Origin: the human T2T-CHM13v2.0 reference genome, Homo sapiens | DNA: 64,000 nucleotides | NCBI RefSeq assembly: GCF_009914755.1 | Contig: NC_060929.1 | Strand: one strand, 5' to 3' | Shown here: positions 12,531-28,208 of the stretch, piece by piece | Numbering within the stretch: the stretch's first letter is position 1 | Layout: every line of letters starts with the position of its first letter | The notes under the pieces: model-generated | Seen by the model: the letters and a program-made list of their open reading frames with translations, nothing else | Database searches by the model: none | Told to the model about the DNA's origin: nothing | Made by a program: the position numbers and the translations under genes

Positions 12531-13914
12531 CTTTTATTTCTACCCACTTTTAATTAATCAGCTTAATTCCCTCTTAAGTGAATCAGCTCACTCTGATTTT
12601 CCATTGCACTGATTTTCTAGTAACTGTAATCCTCAATATAGCACAAGACCGTTATTTTTCCACAAGGCTATAAGCAGCTAATTATAGAGTTGGGTATACA
12701 ATAGATGATTATAAATATTTGATAAAAATTAATGACCTTTGGACATATTGCTACAAATTGACAATTCCCCAAATGGTGCCCCTTCTATTAATGCCAGTAA
12801 ATGAAAAAAATGGGGTTAGTATAATCCTGGTCAATTGTCAATTCTGGCAGGTAGAATATTTGATTTAAACTTATTTCAAAGTACCTGTTTTATCTCCTCC
12901 TCAGTGGTGACTGAATGAAGACAAATATTAGTGATTTTTTATTTCAGAAATTGGAATACTAAGAGAAAATGTTTTAAAATCTGATGTAAAAACACTAATA
13001 AAACAAGAATGTTTATGTATCCATTCTTTAAGTTACTCCACTTACATTTGCTTAAATTTTGGGAACAGATGGTCACAACTGGATAACAACATTTTGATGT
13101 GAACACAGCAAGAATTAACAGCAAATAATTTTAAAGGGTTAAAAGTTAACATTCGCATTTGTGTTAGGCTGCTCTCATCTTTAAGAGCTGTTAATAATGT
13201 CTTGTTATTACAAAGACAAAACATCTCAGTCCAGATTGCAGGATTTTAGGACATTGGTTGACTTAGTGATGCCTCAGGGCACCATAGAAGTAGGCAATAT
13301 GTTTTGTCATGCCCAAATCAAAGGCAAACCTTCACAAAGTTCTATGCTAATTATACTCTCCAATAAAATACTGTATTTCACAATCCTTTCAAGCATGGCT
13401 CTTTACAATCACCAATATGAGCAAATGTCATGACTGGGGCAAAGTGATGTCAGGAAAGACATAAGTGAAGGGTTACAAATGCAGCATTAGCTGTTCTCCT
13501 TCACTCCAATTTGAAGAGTCAAAGATTTTTTGTCATCTGAGTCCTAAATTCAGTAATCTCACCTCCCTGAGAATACAGAAATTACTTTGATTGCATAAAG
13601 TTTGGAAGTACTATTTCACAACAGCCAAATCACAAAGGGAAGTTGAAAACAGTCCAACAAACATGATGTCACAGGAAGAAATTGCCTATTAAAAAGGCAC
13701 TATTTAAAGAAAGGCAAATGAAAAAGCTATAGCAGATATGGCAATCTTGAATATAAGACTTCACTGAAACAAGGTTCTCACTATATCTCATCCCAATTCC
13801 AATACCCCTTCCAAATACAACTTTTGCATTAAAAAAATTCACAACTTAGAGTGACTGAGCTCTTGCTACTCCACTTTTATGATATATCAATTATATCACA
13901 ATAAAAGTGTTTTT

Positions 13915-14140
13915 ATAAAAGTCACCACTTAAAAGGGTACAGTGTTTCTCAGTATATTTACAGAATTATGCAACCATCACCACAATCTAATTTTAAAATA
14001 GTGTTATCACCCCAGAAAGAAACCTCATTGAAAGTTAATTCTCATCCACCTACTCCCAGCCCAAATCAACCAGTAATTATCTTTAGCAATTTGCCTCATT
14101 TGGTCATATCACATAAATGAAATAATACAATATGTAGTTT
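13915..14140 (-). mobile_element. L1MB-like 3' fragment
   Basis: AGTATATTTACAGAATTATGCAACCATCACCACAATCTAATTTTAAAA...ATCACCCCAGAAAGAAACC. Confidence 0.75.
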
Positions 14141-15159
14141 CCACTCAACCTTAATACATATTTTAATTTTCAAAAACAAATCTTAATTTTCCCTTATTCT
14201 TGTTTTCAGTGATTGTAGATAGGTCTTTATAAAATGCACCACACAATATAATTCTAGAATATTTTTTAAAGAAACAGTGCTAGCTATTGTAATTTATTCG
14301 TTATTTTCTCAATATAAATTATTCATTTTAATCCCTCATATTTTCCTTATTTTGAGATGTCTCTATAGTATTTTAAGCAATGATTTTTTTTACCTTCATT
14401 CCTTGAAAATTATCAGTTATTTGGTAAAAAAATATATATATAGAATTTATTGACTTTCCGACTTTGTCTCTAATTGATTATAGAAGCTGGTGTGAATACC
14501 TACCTTCAGGAACTCCGAATCCTGAATTAATACTCAATAAGTATGGGGAGAATAATACACTTTACTCATCGTATTCACCTGAGGTTTTATAAGAAGGAAA
14601 TTACAAAGAGAAAAACAAAGGTTTGCAGAATTATTTTGAAAAAAAATAAATGGTTGCAGTCAGAGTTGCTGCAGCTTACATTTCTTAAGACTTTGATTAA
14701 AGTCAAAAAATATTTGAAAGGAGCACATATCTGGCAAATTTAATTTAAGAGTAAGAGCAAGAAAATAATCTGAGAATAGGTTTGACTGATTCCTTTCCCC
14801 GCTTAGACATTGCCTACAGCTGTGGTCTTCAGTGGATATACTTTTTTGTATTGCTGTGAAGCTAATTAAAAAATTAATTAAAACGATGTCATTCATTATC
14901 TCCTGATCATTACTCTAAGAGTACAACCCAAAGTCTTTGACAGTCTTACCAAAATTTATATATGCAAACTCAGCCACCCATCCGCCAACATGTACCTGAT
15001 CTACAAAATAATAAAATACTTCTCAGTGTCCTCAAATTAAGATACCTCATGTCTTCATGCCTTTATTTTTTTTTTGAGGTTCATACACCTATTTAATATC
15101 AGACAATGTTGAACCTTTAAATTTCTTTAGTCCTCAGAACAACACTTCTACACAGCTGA

Positions 15160-16714
15160 TTTTTAATAGTTTTGTTAAGGTATTTGATACACAAAAACTG
15201 CATATATTTAATGTATATAATTTGGTAAATGTGGACATATGCAAACACTATGATACCATCACCAGTAATGGCAATAGACGTATACAACACATGCCAAAGT
15301 TTTCTTGTGTCTCCCCCTCCCTCTTTTTGTGGTAAGGACACACAACATGAGATCTACCCTCTTAATAAATTTTGAAGGGCATAATATCATATTGTTAACT
15401 ATGGCACTATATTGTACATCAGATCTCTAGCACTTATTTATGTAGCACAACTGAAACTTTATACCCTACTGAACAACTTCTCATTTTCCATTCCCTGTTG
15501 TTTCTATTGCAGAACTTCCTTTTTTTAAAGGTCAAGTAATATTTCATTCTATGTATGTACCATATTTTCTTTATCCATTAATCTGTCAGTAGATGTTGAG
15601 CTGTTTCCACTTCTTGGTTATTGCGACTAAAGCTGCTATGAACATTGGAATGCAGATTTTTTTTGACTTACTGATTTCAATTCATTTGGATATATGCCCA
15701 GAAGCGGAATTGCTGGATTATATGGTAGTCCTGTTTTTAATTTTTTGAGGAGACTTCATACTCTTTTCTCTAATGACTGTACCAATTTACATTCCTGCCA
15801 ACAGTGTACAAAGGTTCTAATTTTGTCATATCCTCACTGACACTTGTTTTCTTTTGATTTTTTAATAAAAGCCAACTTAACAAGTGTGAGGTGATATTTC
15901 GTTGTACTTTTGACTTCATTTCTTTGATAATGAGGTTGAGCGTCTTTTCTTACAGCTGTTGGTCACTTGTATGTCTTCTTTGAAAAAAATGTCTCTTCAA
16001 GTCCTTTGCCCATTTTTAAATTGGGTTATTGTTAATTGTTGAGTTACATTTTTATAAAGTAAAGAAAATCCTAAAATTCATGTGAAACCAGAAAAGACCC
16101 AAAATAGCCTACACAATCTTGACAGAGAAGAACAAAGTTGGAGTCATCCCACTTCCGGATTTCAAAATGTATTATGAGGCCCTGGTAATTAAAACTCTAT
16201 AGCACTGACATAAAGACAAACATAAGCCAGTAGAACAGAATAGACAGCCCATAAATAAATCCATTCATACACGATCAGTTGAATCCATGATGGAGATATT
16301 AGTCTCTTCCACAAATGGCGTTGGGAAAACTGGGTATCCACATATAGAAGAAGGCAACTGGACCCTTGCCTTACATTATACAGAAAAATCAGCTTTAAAT
16401 AGATTGAAGACATAAACATAAGGTCTGAAACTATAAAACTACCAGACAAAAACATAAAGGGAAAAGCTTTTTGACATTGATCTTGGCAATGATTTATTAC
16501 TAAGATACGAAAAGGAGGCAACAAAGACATAAATAGCCAAGTGAGACTGTATCACACTAAAAATGTTCTGCAAAACAAAAGGAATAATCAACAGAATAAA
16601 AAGACAATCTAAAGAATGAGAGAAAATACTTGCAAATCATGTATCTGATAAAGGGTTGATTTATAAAAAATATAGGGAGCACCTACAACTCAAGTAGACA
16701 AATAACCCAATTTT
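15160..16714 (-). mobile_element. L1MA9/L1MB-like element with 5' inversion (minus 15160-16045, plus 16046-16714)
   Basis: GTGGTAAGGACACACAACATGAGATCTACCCTCTTAA in the 3'UTR; switches to sense ORF2 AAAATCCTAAAATTCATGTGAAACC near 16066. Confidence 0.88.
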
Positions 16715-16896
16715 CATAACTTTTATCGCACACACTGTTTTCACTGACTAGCTCTCCCTACTTGCCTCTGCTTTGTAAATTCTTACAAATACTTTATAAC
16801 AAAATTGAGATATCATCATCTTTTTGCAAGGACATACAACTCATTTACTAGCTTTTCTGAATTCCCATAACTCTGTGAGTATTTGACTCATTGGAA

Positions 16897-16898
<2 letters not shown>

Positions 16899-16957
<59 letters not shown>
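16899..16957. repeat. Compound microsatellite (CT)~20(CA)~9
   Basis: Read directly. Confidence 0.97.
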
Positions 16958-16960
<3 letters not shown>

Positions 16961-19171
16961 GCATCTTTTCTATTTATTTGAATGTCTATCTTTATTATTG
17001 GATTTGAGAATTCTTTAATTTTAAGATAATATAACATTCATTTATTCATTTCTGGTACCTTGTATTGTTCATGGTTCAAATTAAGTAAGTTAGATGTATT
17101 TTTGTTGACTAAGTAAAGAATAAACCAAGGGACAGAAATCCTTTCTGATAATACATGAACCATCTTTAGGTATACTTTAAATATATATTAAACATTTTAA
17201 AGATTATAGGCAAATAATGTGCTTTCTGGTTATGGACTGCTAAAAGAAGGAATTTTTAAAGCTATTTTTCTACTTAAAAATGAGCACTAATACTCAAAAT
17301 GATGCAACATGCATTAGCAACAACCCAAACACATTGCAGTAGTTCTGACCATGACCAGGTATGAGCCAGAGAATAGCCTAAGAGATGATGCAGCATACTA
17401 TACACAAAAGCAGATGTCTTGATTCTGGCAGTTTACATCATCATCCCTTTAGTAGAGTGAGGAGATTTGGGCTTTAGGACAGGCCACTATACAATCGAGA
17501 GATGTCTCTATGGAAACCTAATTCAATCTCAAAACTTGTCAGGGAATATGACACTAAGGGTGAAACCATAATAAAGTCATTTTTATTATTCATAAATGAA
17601 CTTTTATGCAAAGGAGATGGCTGGATGTCAAGAGTGGTGAATGAGGGAGGGGAAGCAGCAATCACCAGCTCTCAACTCAGAGTGCTCCAGTCTGAAGGGG
17701 ATTAACAGTGAACCGTACCAACTCAGCACTGCTTAAATGCTGAAATCCTATGTCCAAGATATTTGTTAGGATATTTTATATTATGAAAATATATACTTTA
17801 ATTTTAAAAATGACTAGAAACACGACTTTATATTATATGAATTATGTAGCCATTAAATAATTATATTCCAGTGATTTTTATGTTATAAAAATATGCATTG
17901 AAAATTAGATCAAATAAGAAAAAATGTTTAAAAACTGGAATAAAAGAAAGCTATAATAGTGGATGCCTCTGAGTGTCAGATTGATATTATATCCTTTCTT
18001 TAAGCTGTTCTTATTTGCCAAGGATTTTAAATAATCATGTATTAATTCAAAGATTAAAGAATATGTTAACATTAAAAAACAAGCATAGGAATATCATGTA
18101 CCTGCCATGTCCTATCTCTGAGATTTGACAAGTAAATGAATCTTTTCAAATTTAAGCAATATGCAAAACTCAAAACATGCAGTATTGCAAGCCCTGTTTT
18201 CTTCCTTTTTAACTGTTCCAAAATCCTAAGATGTTTCTTCTCATCTGAGAAGCGTTTTTCTGCCTCTTCTACTCCTCACTCAAACTCCAAAACCCTCCTG
18301 AATTTTGATTTAGCTTACTTTACCATGTAATCTCATCTGTAATCTTTAATCTCTTTTGTTTACTACTGTATCTGGAGTATATACAATAGTACCTGACATA
18401 TAGAATGCATAATTCAATAATGGTTGAATGTGATTGTGGCCATCAGTAATAATTACTTGAGATATACCGTTAATGTAAAGCTTATGTATTATTAATAAAC
18501 TCAATATTTCCTAGCATTATTAGTACTTTAAAAAATTCTGCCACATTTTAAAAGCTACTAACTTCTTTATTCTCTTTCTCACAGACTAGTCAACCACCTA
18601 GAAGGGCTGACTGGAATGGATATAAGATGATTTAGCTTGATGGATAACGCTTTGTCACAAAATGTTTGATGCAATTAGGCACCAAATACCATGGTTTTCT
18701 ACAAATTCCAGAATTTGTTAAGTTCACATCAGACTATCTCATTTACAGTCTTCGATGCTCACAAAACATCTTCCATGGCTCTCTAAATATTTGTTTTAAT
18801 AGCATAACCCTGAGGCTGTTCAGTCCCATCCCTTCAAGCCATATACAGTTTTCACATGAAGATTTTACTTTATCTGAAGCTCATACGAATTTTTACATTT
18901 AAGCCAAAATATACTAGACATTTTGGACTTTTGATTCACATCATCTTTGTACCTCTTTCACCCAAATTTTTCTGGAAGAACAATAGTCTTGAGGTACTGT
19001 AAGTATACTATATTATATAGATATTGCTATAGCATGTGTCTACTTCTGAAACAAAGGAATGTAATCTGTGTGTGGCTTTGACTTAGATCACAGACTCCAA
19101 CCTGACTTGAGAATGGATTCTTACTAGTATCCGTTAAGACTCTTACCCAGTGTCAGTTAAAATTTTTATTA

Positions 19172-19660
19172 GTATCAGTTAAGATTAGGTTCCCACATGA
19201 ATAAGAGTCCCCAAATCACAGTGACTTGAAAACAATAAGGTACAAGTGTATTTCTTACAAAGAAGCCTTGAGGCAGATGAGGGCTCATATGGCAGCTCTG
19301 GTCTGCAAAGTCCATAAGGACTGAGTTTGTTTTGAATGTTTCTCTTGGCCATTCCTGACATAGTAAGTTCATACTAACTGTTTAAAATGGCAGCCAGAGC
19401 TACAGCTATCCAATCAATGTTCTAGTCAGTAGTAGGAGGAATGGAAGAAAATTGTTGGCCACAGGTATGGGTCTAGCTTTCTTTTCAAAAGGTTTCCAGA
19501 AGCTGCCACTCAATACTTTCATTTCTTTCCTTTTCTGACTTTGTCACACAGCCACACCTAACTTCAAGTTAGAATTTATTCTACATGGTCAACTACTTAA
19601 CTAAAAATTAGGTGTTCTATTTTTGTTTTTTTTGAAGGAAAGATGGCTATCTCTCTGCCA
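19172..19660 (-). mobile_element. MLT1 (J/K-like) MaLR LTR
   Basis: TCAGTTAAGATTAGGTT..., AAAATGGCAGCCAGAGCTACAGCTATC, TTGTCACACAGCCACACCTAAC, CTCTGCCAGA; diverged. Confidence 0.7.
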
Positions 19661-20441
19661 GACTATCAGAATCATGTGAGCTAAGAGTTGGAGAGGGAAT
19701 GTCCACTAGAATAAAGATGGGGGATATTATTAGGAGACAAGTAAATGAGTACAGGGAACAAACACAGATGTCTAGTTTACTGAAAAATATGAAGTACAAA
19801 GAAATATAAATTATGATAAAGGCAGACTAAATGCATTGTTTTGTGGAGCAAGGCAGAAATAGCAAAAAGATGTAAACAGCCTTTATATTGAATATTAATA
19901 AGCATCTCTATGTGTGGGTATTAACATATTTTTGTACTTGATATTCCGTAGCTTGCAGATTACCACTTACAAAACTTGATAAAGTTAATGTGTTTATAAA
20001 GTCACACTGCAAATGGTAGTATTACTAACTAGCTTTTATAATGTTTTATTTTTGAGTTGATAGATTTCCTGTTGCTATGAAAATATCAGTTTCTCAGTTT
20101 CTTAAGGTTGAGTATTTAATTTCTTAAAGAGGAGATTACTTTTTCTAAACAAGAGGAAAGCAAAGAGGTAAAAAGCAGCTGCTATGGTTTCATGATTTAA
20201 TTGTACGATTCTTAGCTACCTATGGAGAAGGGATAAGTTTCACTTATATAACAGAATAGGGATGCAGGAGAAAAGATTGTGTTGTTCCCCCAAAACAGGA
20301 AAGCTCAACTATGGCTTTGTCTGCTTACTCACTTTGTAGTTCTATTCTAGAAAATTTTCTCATGAATTTTTTTCTTCAGAAAAATAATACCTAACTTGAT
20401 TTCTTATGTAAGAGTTTTATATGTATAAATATTATTCTCTG

Positions 20442-20617
20442 TAGTAAGACCTCTCAAACGGGGGCAATTTTAACTTCTAGGAGAAATTTGACAAAGTGCA
20501 TAGAAGCCACCCGATGCTACTGATCATTCTACAGTTCACAGGCAAGTCTCTGTTTCTCAACCCCAATAAAAGATTATTTAGCACAACTGTCAATCCTGCT
20601 GAGTTGTAAAACCCTGA
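20442..20617 (+). mobile_element. MER20 (hAT-Charlie MITE), partial
   Basis: CTCTCAAACGGGGGCAATTTT...GATGCTACTGATCATTCTACAGTTCACAGG...TGTCAATCCTGCTGAGTTGTAAAACCCTG. Confidence 0.75.
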
Positions 20618-20741
20618 TCTTTAGGAATTAACTTGGAAGGGAGAAATTCCCTATTAGTACTAAAAAGATACCTCTAAATCTATATGTGATTTTTAAAATA
20701 ATACTTTTCTACAACTAAACTTGTTCAACTCTAAACTCTAA

Positions 20742-20916
20742 ACCAAGGGATCTTAATTAAGCTAAGGTCCCTGCAATACAAGGGAGTCCATGAATAGCCA
20801 TCTTACAATCATAAGCAAAATATTATGTACATAAATCTGAATATTTATAAGAGAGCAGGTCTATAGCTTTCATCTGATTCTCTTAAGGTATTTATGACTT
20901 CAAAAACCAGCCACTG
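20742..20916. mobile_element. Old hAT-Charlie-type MITE, family not determined
   Basis: GGTCTATAGCTTTCATCTGATTCTCTTAAGG...TGACTTCAAAAACCAGCCACTG. Confidence 0.5.
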
Positions 20917-21279
20917 GATTTATTTACAACCTCAAAGAGTTTTACTGTATTAATCACACATTATCTTCCTTCCATGCAGCCAAGCTTCTCTTTCAGGCAT
21001 TGTTTTTCCGCACATACTCTAACCTTACTCATTAAAGGCATGACACTTACTAAAATAAAGTTTAAAGATTCCCAATTGAATCCTTTTTATTAACAGAAAC
21101 AATATCAACAAAGAGTTCCTTTTGGACAACTTGTGATTTAAGAAATTAGACTTTCCACTTTAACCAACATGTTGAAAATTTACTCTTGATATATTACATA
21201 TTATTTGTGATACACATTGATTATTTTGCATAATAGCATATACTATACAGTTAAGTAGGTATTTTTCCATAACCTCCTC

Positions 21280-22270
<991 letters not shown>

Positions 22271-25200
22271 TCATTCTTATATTTCTGCTCAAAAATCATT
22301 TGGTACTTTAACATCTTTTCATCTTTGGTTTTCAAGCACTTTGGGCAGTTCAGGCCACAAATGTACATTTTCAATAAATATTTCTATAACTGGATTAGAG
22401 AAAACTCTATGGAAATTCTAGACTTTGCTTAATACTAAGTAATAGAAAATCCATGAATTCATGGAAGGAGTGAAATGAAAAGTTCAATATGAGCTCTAAA
22501 CATTAGAGCTTGGATTTTAGTTTTCTAAATGACTGTTATTAAGAGCATAGATAAATAAGGTTCCAAAATAGTTTGAGCAATTCACATGATTTCCTGTTTC
22601 ATGTATAGAATACAATACCACCTAAATAAAAGAATTTGAGATTTAAAATCATTTATTTCAAAACAGAGAGATAACAGATATTGTTTAAATTTCTCATAGA
22701 TTATATTTGTATTTGTACTTCATTGCAATCTTTGTTAAAGTCTCTCTCATATCAAAATTTGCAGAATAGGGTCAAAATTAATAATGAATTGTAAAAAAAA
22801 TATGTATTAATGTTCTAAAAAGTATTGCTCTGTTTTTATTCTGACCGTAATTCTTATTATTGTTGATTAAAGGTTTATGCAGTAATAGGGGTTGTAGAAT
22901 GTAGGGGTTTACAGGCTTAAATTGTATAAATAAAGCAACACTATCCAAAATTTTGTTTAAGATATTATGTGATCTGAATTAAATTCAGAAATCCTAGAAG
23001 GCTGGAGGAAATTTGGTGTAAATTAAAACAACAACAACAACTTCTATTACCACAGCTTGGTCCCCAAGCTCTTGGTTCTCATAGAGAACCTCTATGAGAA
23101 ATTAGTAGAGGTTAACACCAGGGCAAAGAGACATTTTCGCAGACTTGATGTGAATAATTTTTAACATATCATCAAGTTTAATAACTTTAAGGCAATGAAA
23201 ATAACCAAATGAGTTTTATTGTTCAATATATTTATTCAATCTACTTATTGAGTGCCAGCCATATGTCGGACACTGTGCTTGTTAACATTTATCAATAAGA
23301 GGTTAAATACGCTTATTATTTAACTTTTTCTAAAAGTAATACAAATTTAAAATTGCTGTTGTGTTTTATTTTGTATATTTTATTTTGTACTTAAAACATA
23401 ATTATTTTCGGCCTCAAATTTGGTATTTTTTAGCAATTTTGAGCTATCAGGCAAGACTTGAATTTCACGTGAATAAGTTCCCCACCTGCTCCTTCCTTTT
23501 TGCTCACTTTTCCCTATTCTCATTAGTTTTGTCCTTTATGGTTTATTATGAAGCATTTCTCCAGGTTTTATTATCCAAATCTACACTTGTCAGATGAGAA
23601 TCTGAGAACCATAAAATTTCAATATCTAGACTAGTGATATACATAGGAAGTGAAAAAGCCAGGACTAAAAAGAGGCCTTCTGATTTATTTCATTATACAT
23701 ACCACAGTGTCTTACTAAGTTTATTGTCCTTTGAATCCAATATATACAGAAGCGCACTGAATACTGCGAATCTATTAAAGTCAGTGCTGATTGATAATGC
23801 AAAATTAAAAATGTGGAAATCATACGTGCTATATGTTTGCATATTGTTCATGGAAGTAAAAGAGAAAATATTAAGTTGACTTTATTAGACTCTATCTGAA
23901 CCAAAAATACATTGAGAACCAAACACTGAAACTACTTTTGGTTTCACTATTATGGAAGTTATTATATTTAATTCTGAACATAGTATGACAGTGGCACTTC
24001 GATAGTGTAGTTTACTTCTTTTGGAGTATTAATAACACTATGTTATTAAATACTATTTGGGAAATATCCTGGCAATGTTAAGATGCCTAAAACCTAAAAT
24101 TAATTACAAGTTTAATGGCAATAAAGACTGCTGATCATTCAGTTATTTGTCTAATTTACAAGAATAATAGGTGTTAAAAAAAGACAGGTGGTAAGGAATT
24201 GACCCATTCTCAGGTTAAGTAAAAAATATCCTAGATACCTGCCAATTAAACTTGTAGGATATCTTATTCTGCTCAAGTAAAACAGAACCATTTTAAGAGA
24301 TTTTATTGATGTTGCACTTTCAAGAGCTTTCAAGAAACACCATTCTATTGTAGTTGGAGCAAGACATTTTTCCTATCCTTAATCTTACATTATTCATGTT
24401 TGCCTAAAGAGAAAAACATTTTAGAAGAAAAATAAAATTTAAGTTGTATATATTTTATTTTGCTTTATTTCTAATGTCTTTTGAGTACAATGTTTTAAAA
24501 AAGGAAGTGGAGAATAGAGACGCCGTCTTGAATAGACAACTAGATGTTTTCCCAAGTCCAGTAGCTTCAGGGACCTTAATAACAGAGGAAAATCCCAGAT
24601 TCCTTTTCCAGAATTTAACGTGATTGTATTCAGCAGATTAGTCATGGCTGACCAAACTGTTTTTGACTTCTAACCCTGCTTGTGTTTTGGTAAGGGAGAC
24701 AAGTTAACCTGATTAAATTCATAAAATTGCAACCCACAAAATCCAACTTGCTGATTCATGGAAGGCATTTTGTCATTTATTTGAAAGCCAGAGGAAAAAA
24801 GAAGTGGGGTTTTGTAAAGATGAAAGCAGCATTTGATCGCTTGTCTAATGCATTTTATGGCTGAAAAGCATCAGTGGATATTAGAGAGGGAAGTATTGTT
24901 ATTACTTGTTTCAAGTAATAAATTAAAAATGGAAATGAAATGGTTTGACAAAAATGTTTAAACAAGGAGGAGGGAGAAATGTTAGCATTTTGATTCTATT
25001 CTGATTGAAGGTACTCTCATTCCACCATGAAAAAATGATGTCATTCTTCCAGCATGCCTCATTTCCAATGGAACTTAGTAAAATATGCACACGTTAACAT
25101 TAGATTCCGCAGGGTTTAATGCAGTTACACAAAGAAGTTTTGCCAGAAGGAGGGATAAATATCACAGCCATTCATTTCACAGCGCTCTCCAATCTGGCTG

Positions 25201-26004
25201 CAACAGTTTCTGTAAGCAGCACATCAGTGAATAAAAAGGAAATTAAAAGGAGGAGCAGGAAAACAGGGATTTAGGATGAAAAAGTTTTCAAAAACATTTT
25301 TGGCTTTAGAGAAAACAGTTCACAATCATTATCATGAATAAAATCCCTGCTTAGCTTAGGTTGATGGAAACGTTCTGAAAGCAGAGCTTTTTCAGGGAAA
25401 ACAAAACAAAACAAAACAAAAAAACACAACAAACTATCCTCTGAACACCATTAGTTAGGATCAAGAAACATCCTAGAGAAAACATCCTTGTTTTATATAG
25501 CTGAATCCCCCACTTCCTCAGATGATGCAGTAAATGTTCGCATTTCGTGTGCTTTTCTGTGTTCGTGCAAAATGGCACAGTATTCTGGTGACTTTCTAAA
25601 TTGGGTCTTTTAGCATTTATAGTGTAGTACTTTTTATGCTCTGTATTGTATTACCCCAAAATAATTAAATATTAGAGGGTATTTACAACTCTTTGATTGC
25701 AAAAATGGCACATGCTGATATTCTTAATAACAGCAAAGGAAAAAGCAAGAGAATTACTTTGATTCTAGTTTCATTTCTTGGCATATCTGCTACTGCCACC
25801 TCCTTCAGTTGTCAGAGATTGGACTCAGGGTGTATGACAGCTCTCCCATCGACGTGTGCCAAGTAGCCTTGGGTCCTTTTCAAGAATCAAGCTCTTGGGT
25901 AGCTTGTTCAGCATTCCTGTGGAGTGATCTACAAAAATTTATATCTGTTGACTGTTTATGTCTCTTTATAAAGGGGAAATAAATGAACATTGCATATTCA
26001 TTTG

Positions 26005-26180
26005 TACCTATGCTCTCATTTACTTTTGTCATCAACCTTGGGAGCTAGATATTAATGTCTATCCTTTTTGTTGTTGTTGTTTACAGAAAGGAAAACTGAG
26101 TCTCAAAAACTATCTTGTACAGATTCTCAGACCTACCATGGGATGGAACTTAATTATGAGCCCCAGACTCCAAAAACATC
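26005..26180 (-). mobile_element. MIR SINE
   Basis: TTTACAGAAAGGAAAACTGAGTCTCA core, and GAGCCCCAGACTCCAAAA. Confidence 0.65.
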
Positions 26181-26763
26181 ACATCCTACCAGGCACTGTA
26201 TTTAGAGTTCATCAGCATTTGCTAATTAACCAATTTATATAAAAAGTTCAATGTTAGCCTATAACTAAGGAAGTACTATAGAATTGCACATAAAATAAAT
26301 GATTTAATTAATATTGCTTAATTCCTGTAGAAGGAGTACTGTGTAAGTGATTGGAATTTACACTTAATTATAAGAAGCTGGTGGTGATCTTAACTAATTT
26401 AATTGTTTATTTGTGCCCATAACAGGCAGTAGAAAGGGATTTCTAGAAAACATTTTTCATGATAATATTTTCAACTTGGATCTAAGAGACGGAAAAACAT
26501 TTTCGTTTTACATCATTTACTCCTTTTCTGTGCTAGAATTTGACTTTGATATTTAATCCTAAAATGTATATAATAATATTACAATTTTTTCAATAGGTTG
26601 TCAAAAAATCCCAAATTAAGTCTGAGCTAGGCTTCTAAGATAAGCTTTTCAACGTTTTTTTACAATACACATATCGAATAATTGTATAAGGATATTATCA
26701 GTATGTTAAAAAGTTACTACATCGTAGTAACCTTAATGACATCCTTCATGAAATATAATTTCC

Positions 26764-27066
<303 letters not shown>

Positions 27067-27169
27067 TCATAATTATTAAATATTATGTTAACATTTATTT
27101 CAACTGAATTAATTGGCAAAATAATTGACAATTTTTTTTTCAAACTGATGATATTCTACATGGGCATAT

Positions 27170-27685
27170 CATAGACAGGAAAATATTCTTTTCTATCCGC
27201 TTTCTCAGATTCATGGCTGAAGCGTCTGAAACAAGACTAACAAGACTAACGAGATTAACAAGAGAAAAACATACAAATTTTTAAAATATAAGTTGTATGT
27301 GACATAGAAGCATTTATAAAGAAAAGAAGACCAGAAGAAACGGGTAGACCTGGGTATTTTTATGCTACTTTTGATGAAAATGGGAATGCTTTTGGAGACG
27401 CATGAGTGAATAAAAAAATATGATCTAATGGTAATAAACTAGAGGAAACAGAGCAAAGTCTGTTCAGATTCTTCTCTGTGATGCTTTGTCTTCAGAGGTA
27501 AGTGCTCCTTTCCTTGGTGTATGGGAGGCATCTCTCACATAAGGATTTTATGATCTGCTTCAGGGAGATCAGGAGAAGGTCAGGGACACCTTCCTGCTTC
27601 TGTGGTTTTCTCACATTTCTTAAGCTTAAACTACCCAGTATGACAAGGAACCATATTTTGGAGTACCATGTTCTCAACCCCGTCA
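27170..27685 (-). mobile_element. MER34/MER39-family (ERV1) solo LTR
   Basis: GAGATTAACAAGAGAAAAACATACAAATT, TATGATCTAATGGTAATAAACT, CATATTTTGGAGTACCATGTTCTCAACCCCGTCA; 4-bp TSD ATAT (27166-69, 27686-89). Confidence 0.85.
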
Positions 27686-28208
27686 ATATACATATGTGAA
27701 AAAAGAGATAGTTTCAGATAGTAATAAAAGCAGTTTTTTTCTTGTGCGAATACTGATGTTTCATGGACAACAGAGCTTCTATATCTTCATTAATATCTAT
27801 AGCTTATTTTCTTAGGGAATTTCACCAAATTCATTTTTCAAGTATTTGAATATTGTAGATAGACCTTACAAATTATGTCCTTATTTTAAAGGGAAAAGGT
27901 TGCAAGAATTGATAAAAATTCTATTTTTCTAGGTAAAATTGTAAAAACTTTAACAAGTGGGTATTTGTAATTTACTAATAAAAACAGTGATTTGGCATAT
28001 AAATAGTTCAAGGCATTCTTTCTACTATTGTTCATATTACTACTTTTCTTTCATGCACATTGTTCTTCTGTAGTGACTCTTGAATGAAAAAACACCCACA
28101 ATAAACCATAATACCAATCTAAACTGAGTGTGTGGTTGGTGTTATTTTGGACTTTAATGTAAAAGTTTGGAGTGGGACAGATTAAACCATCAATTTGCAA
28201 CAGACTTG

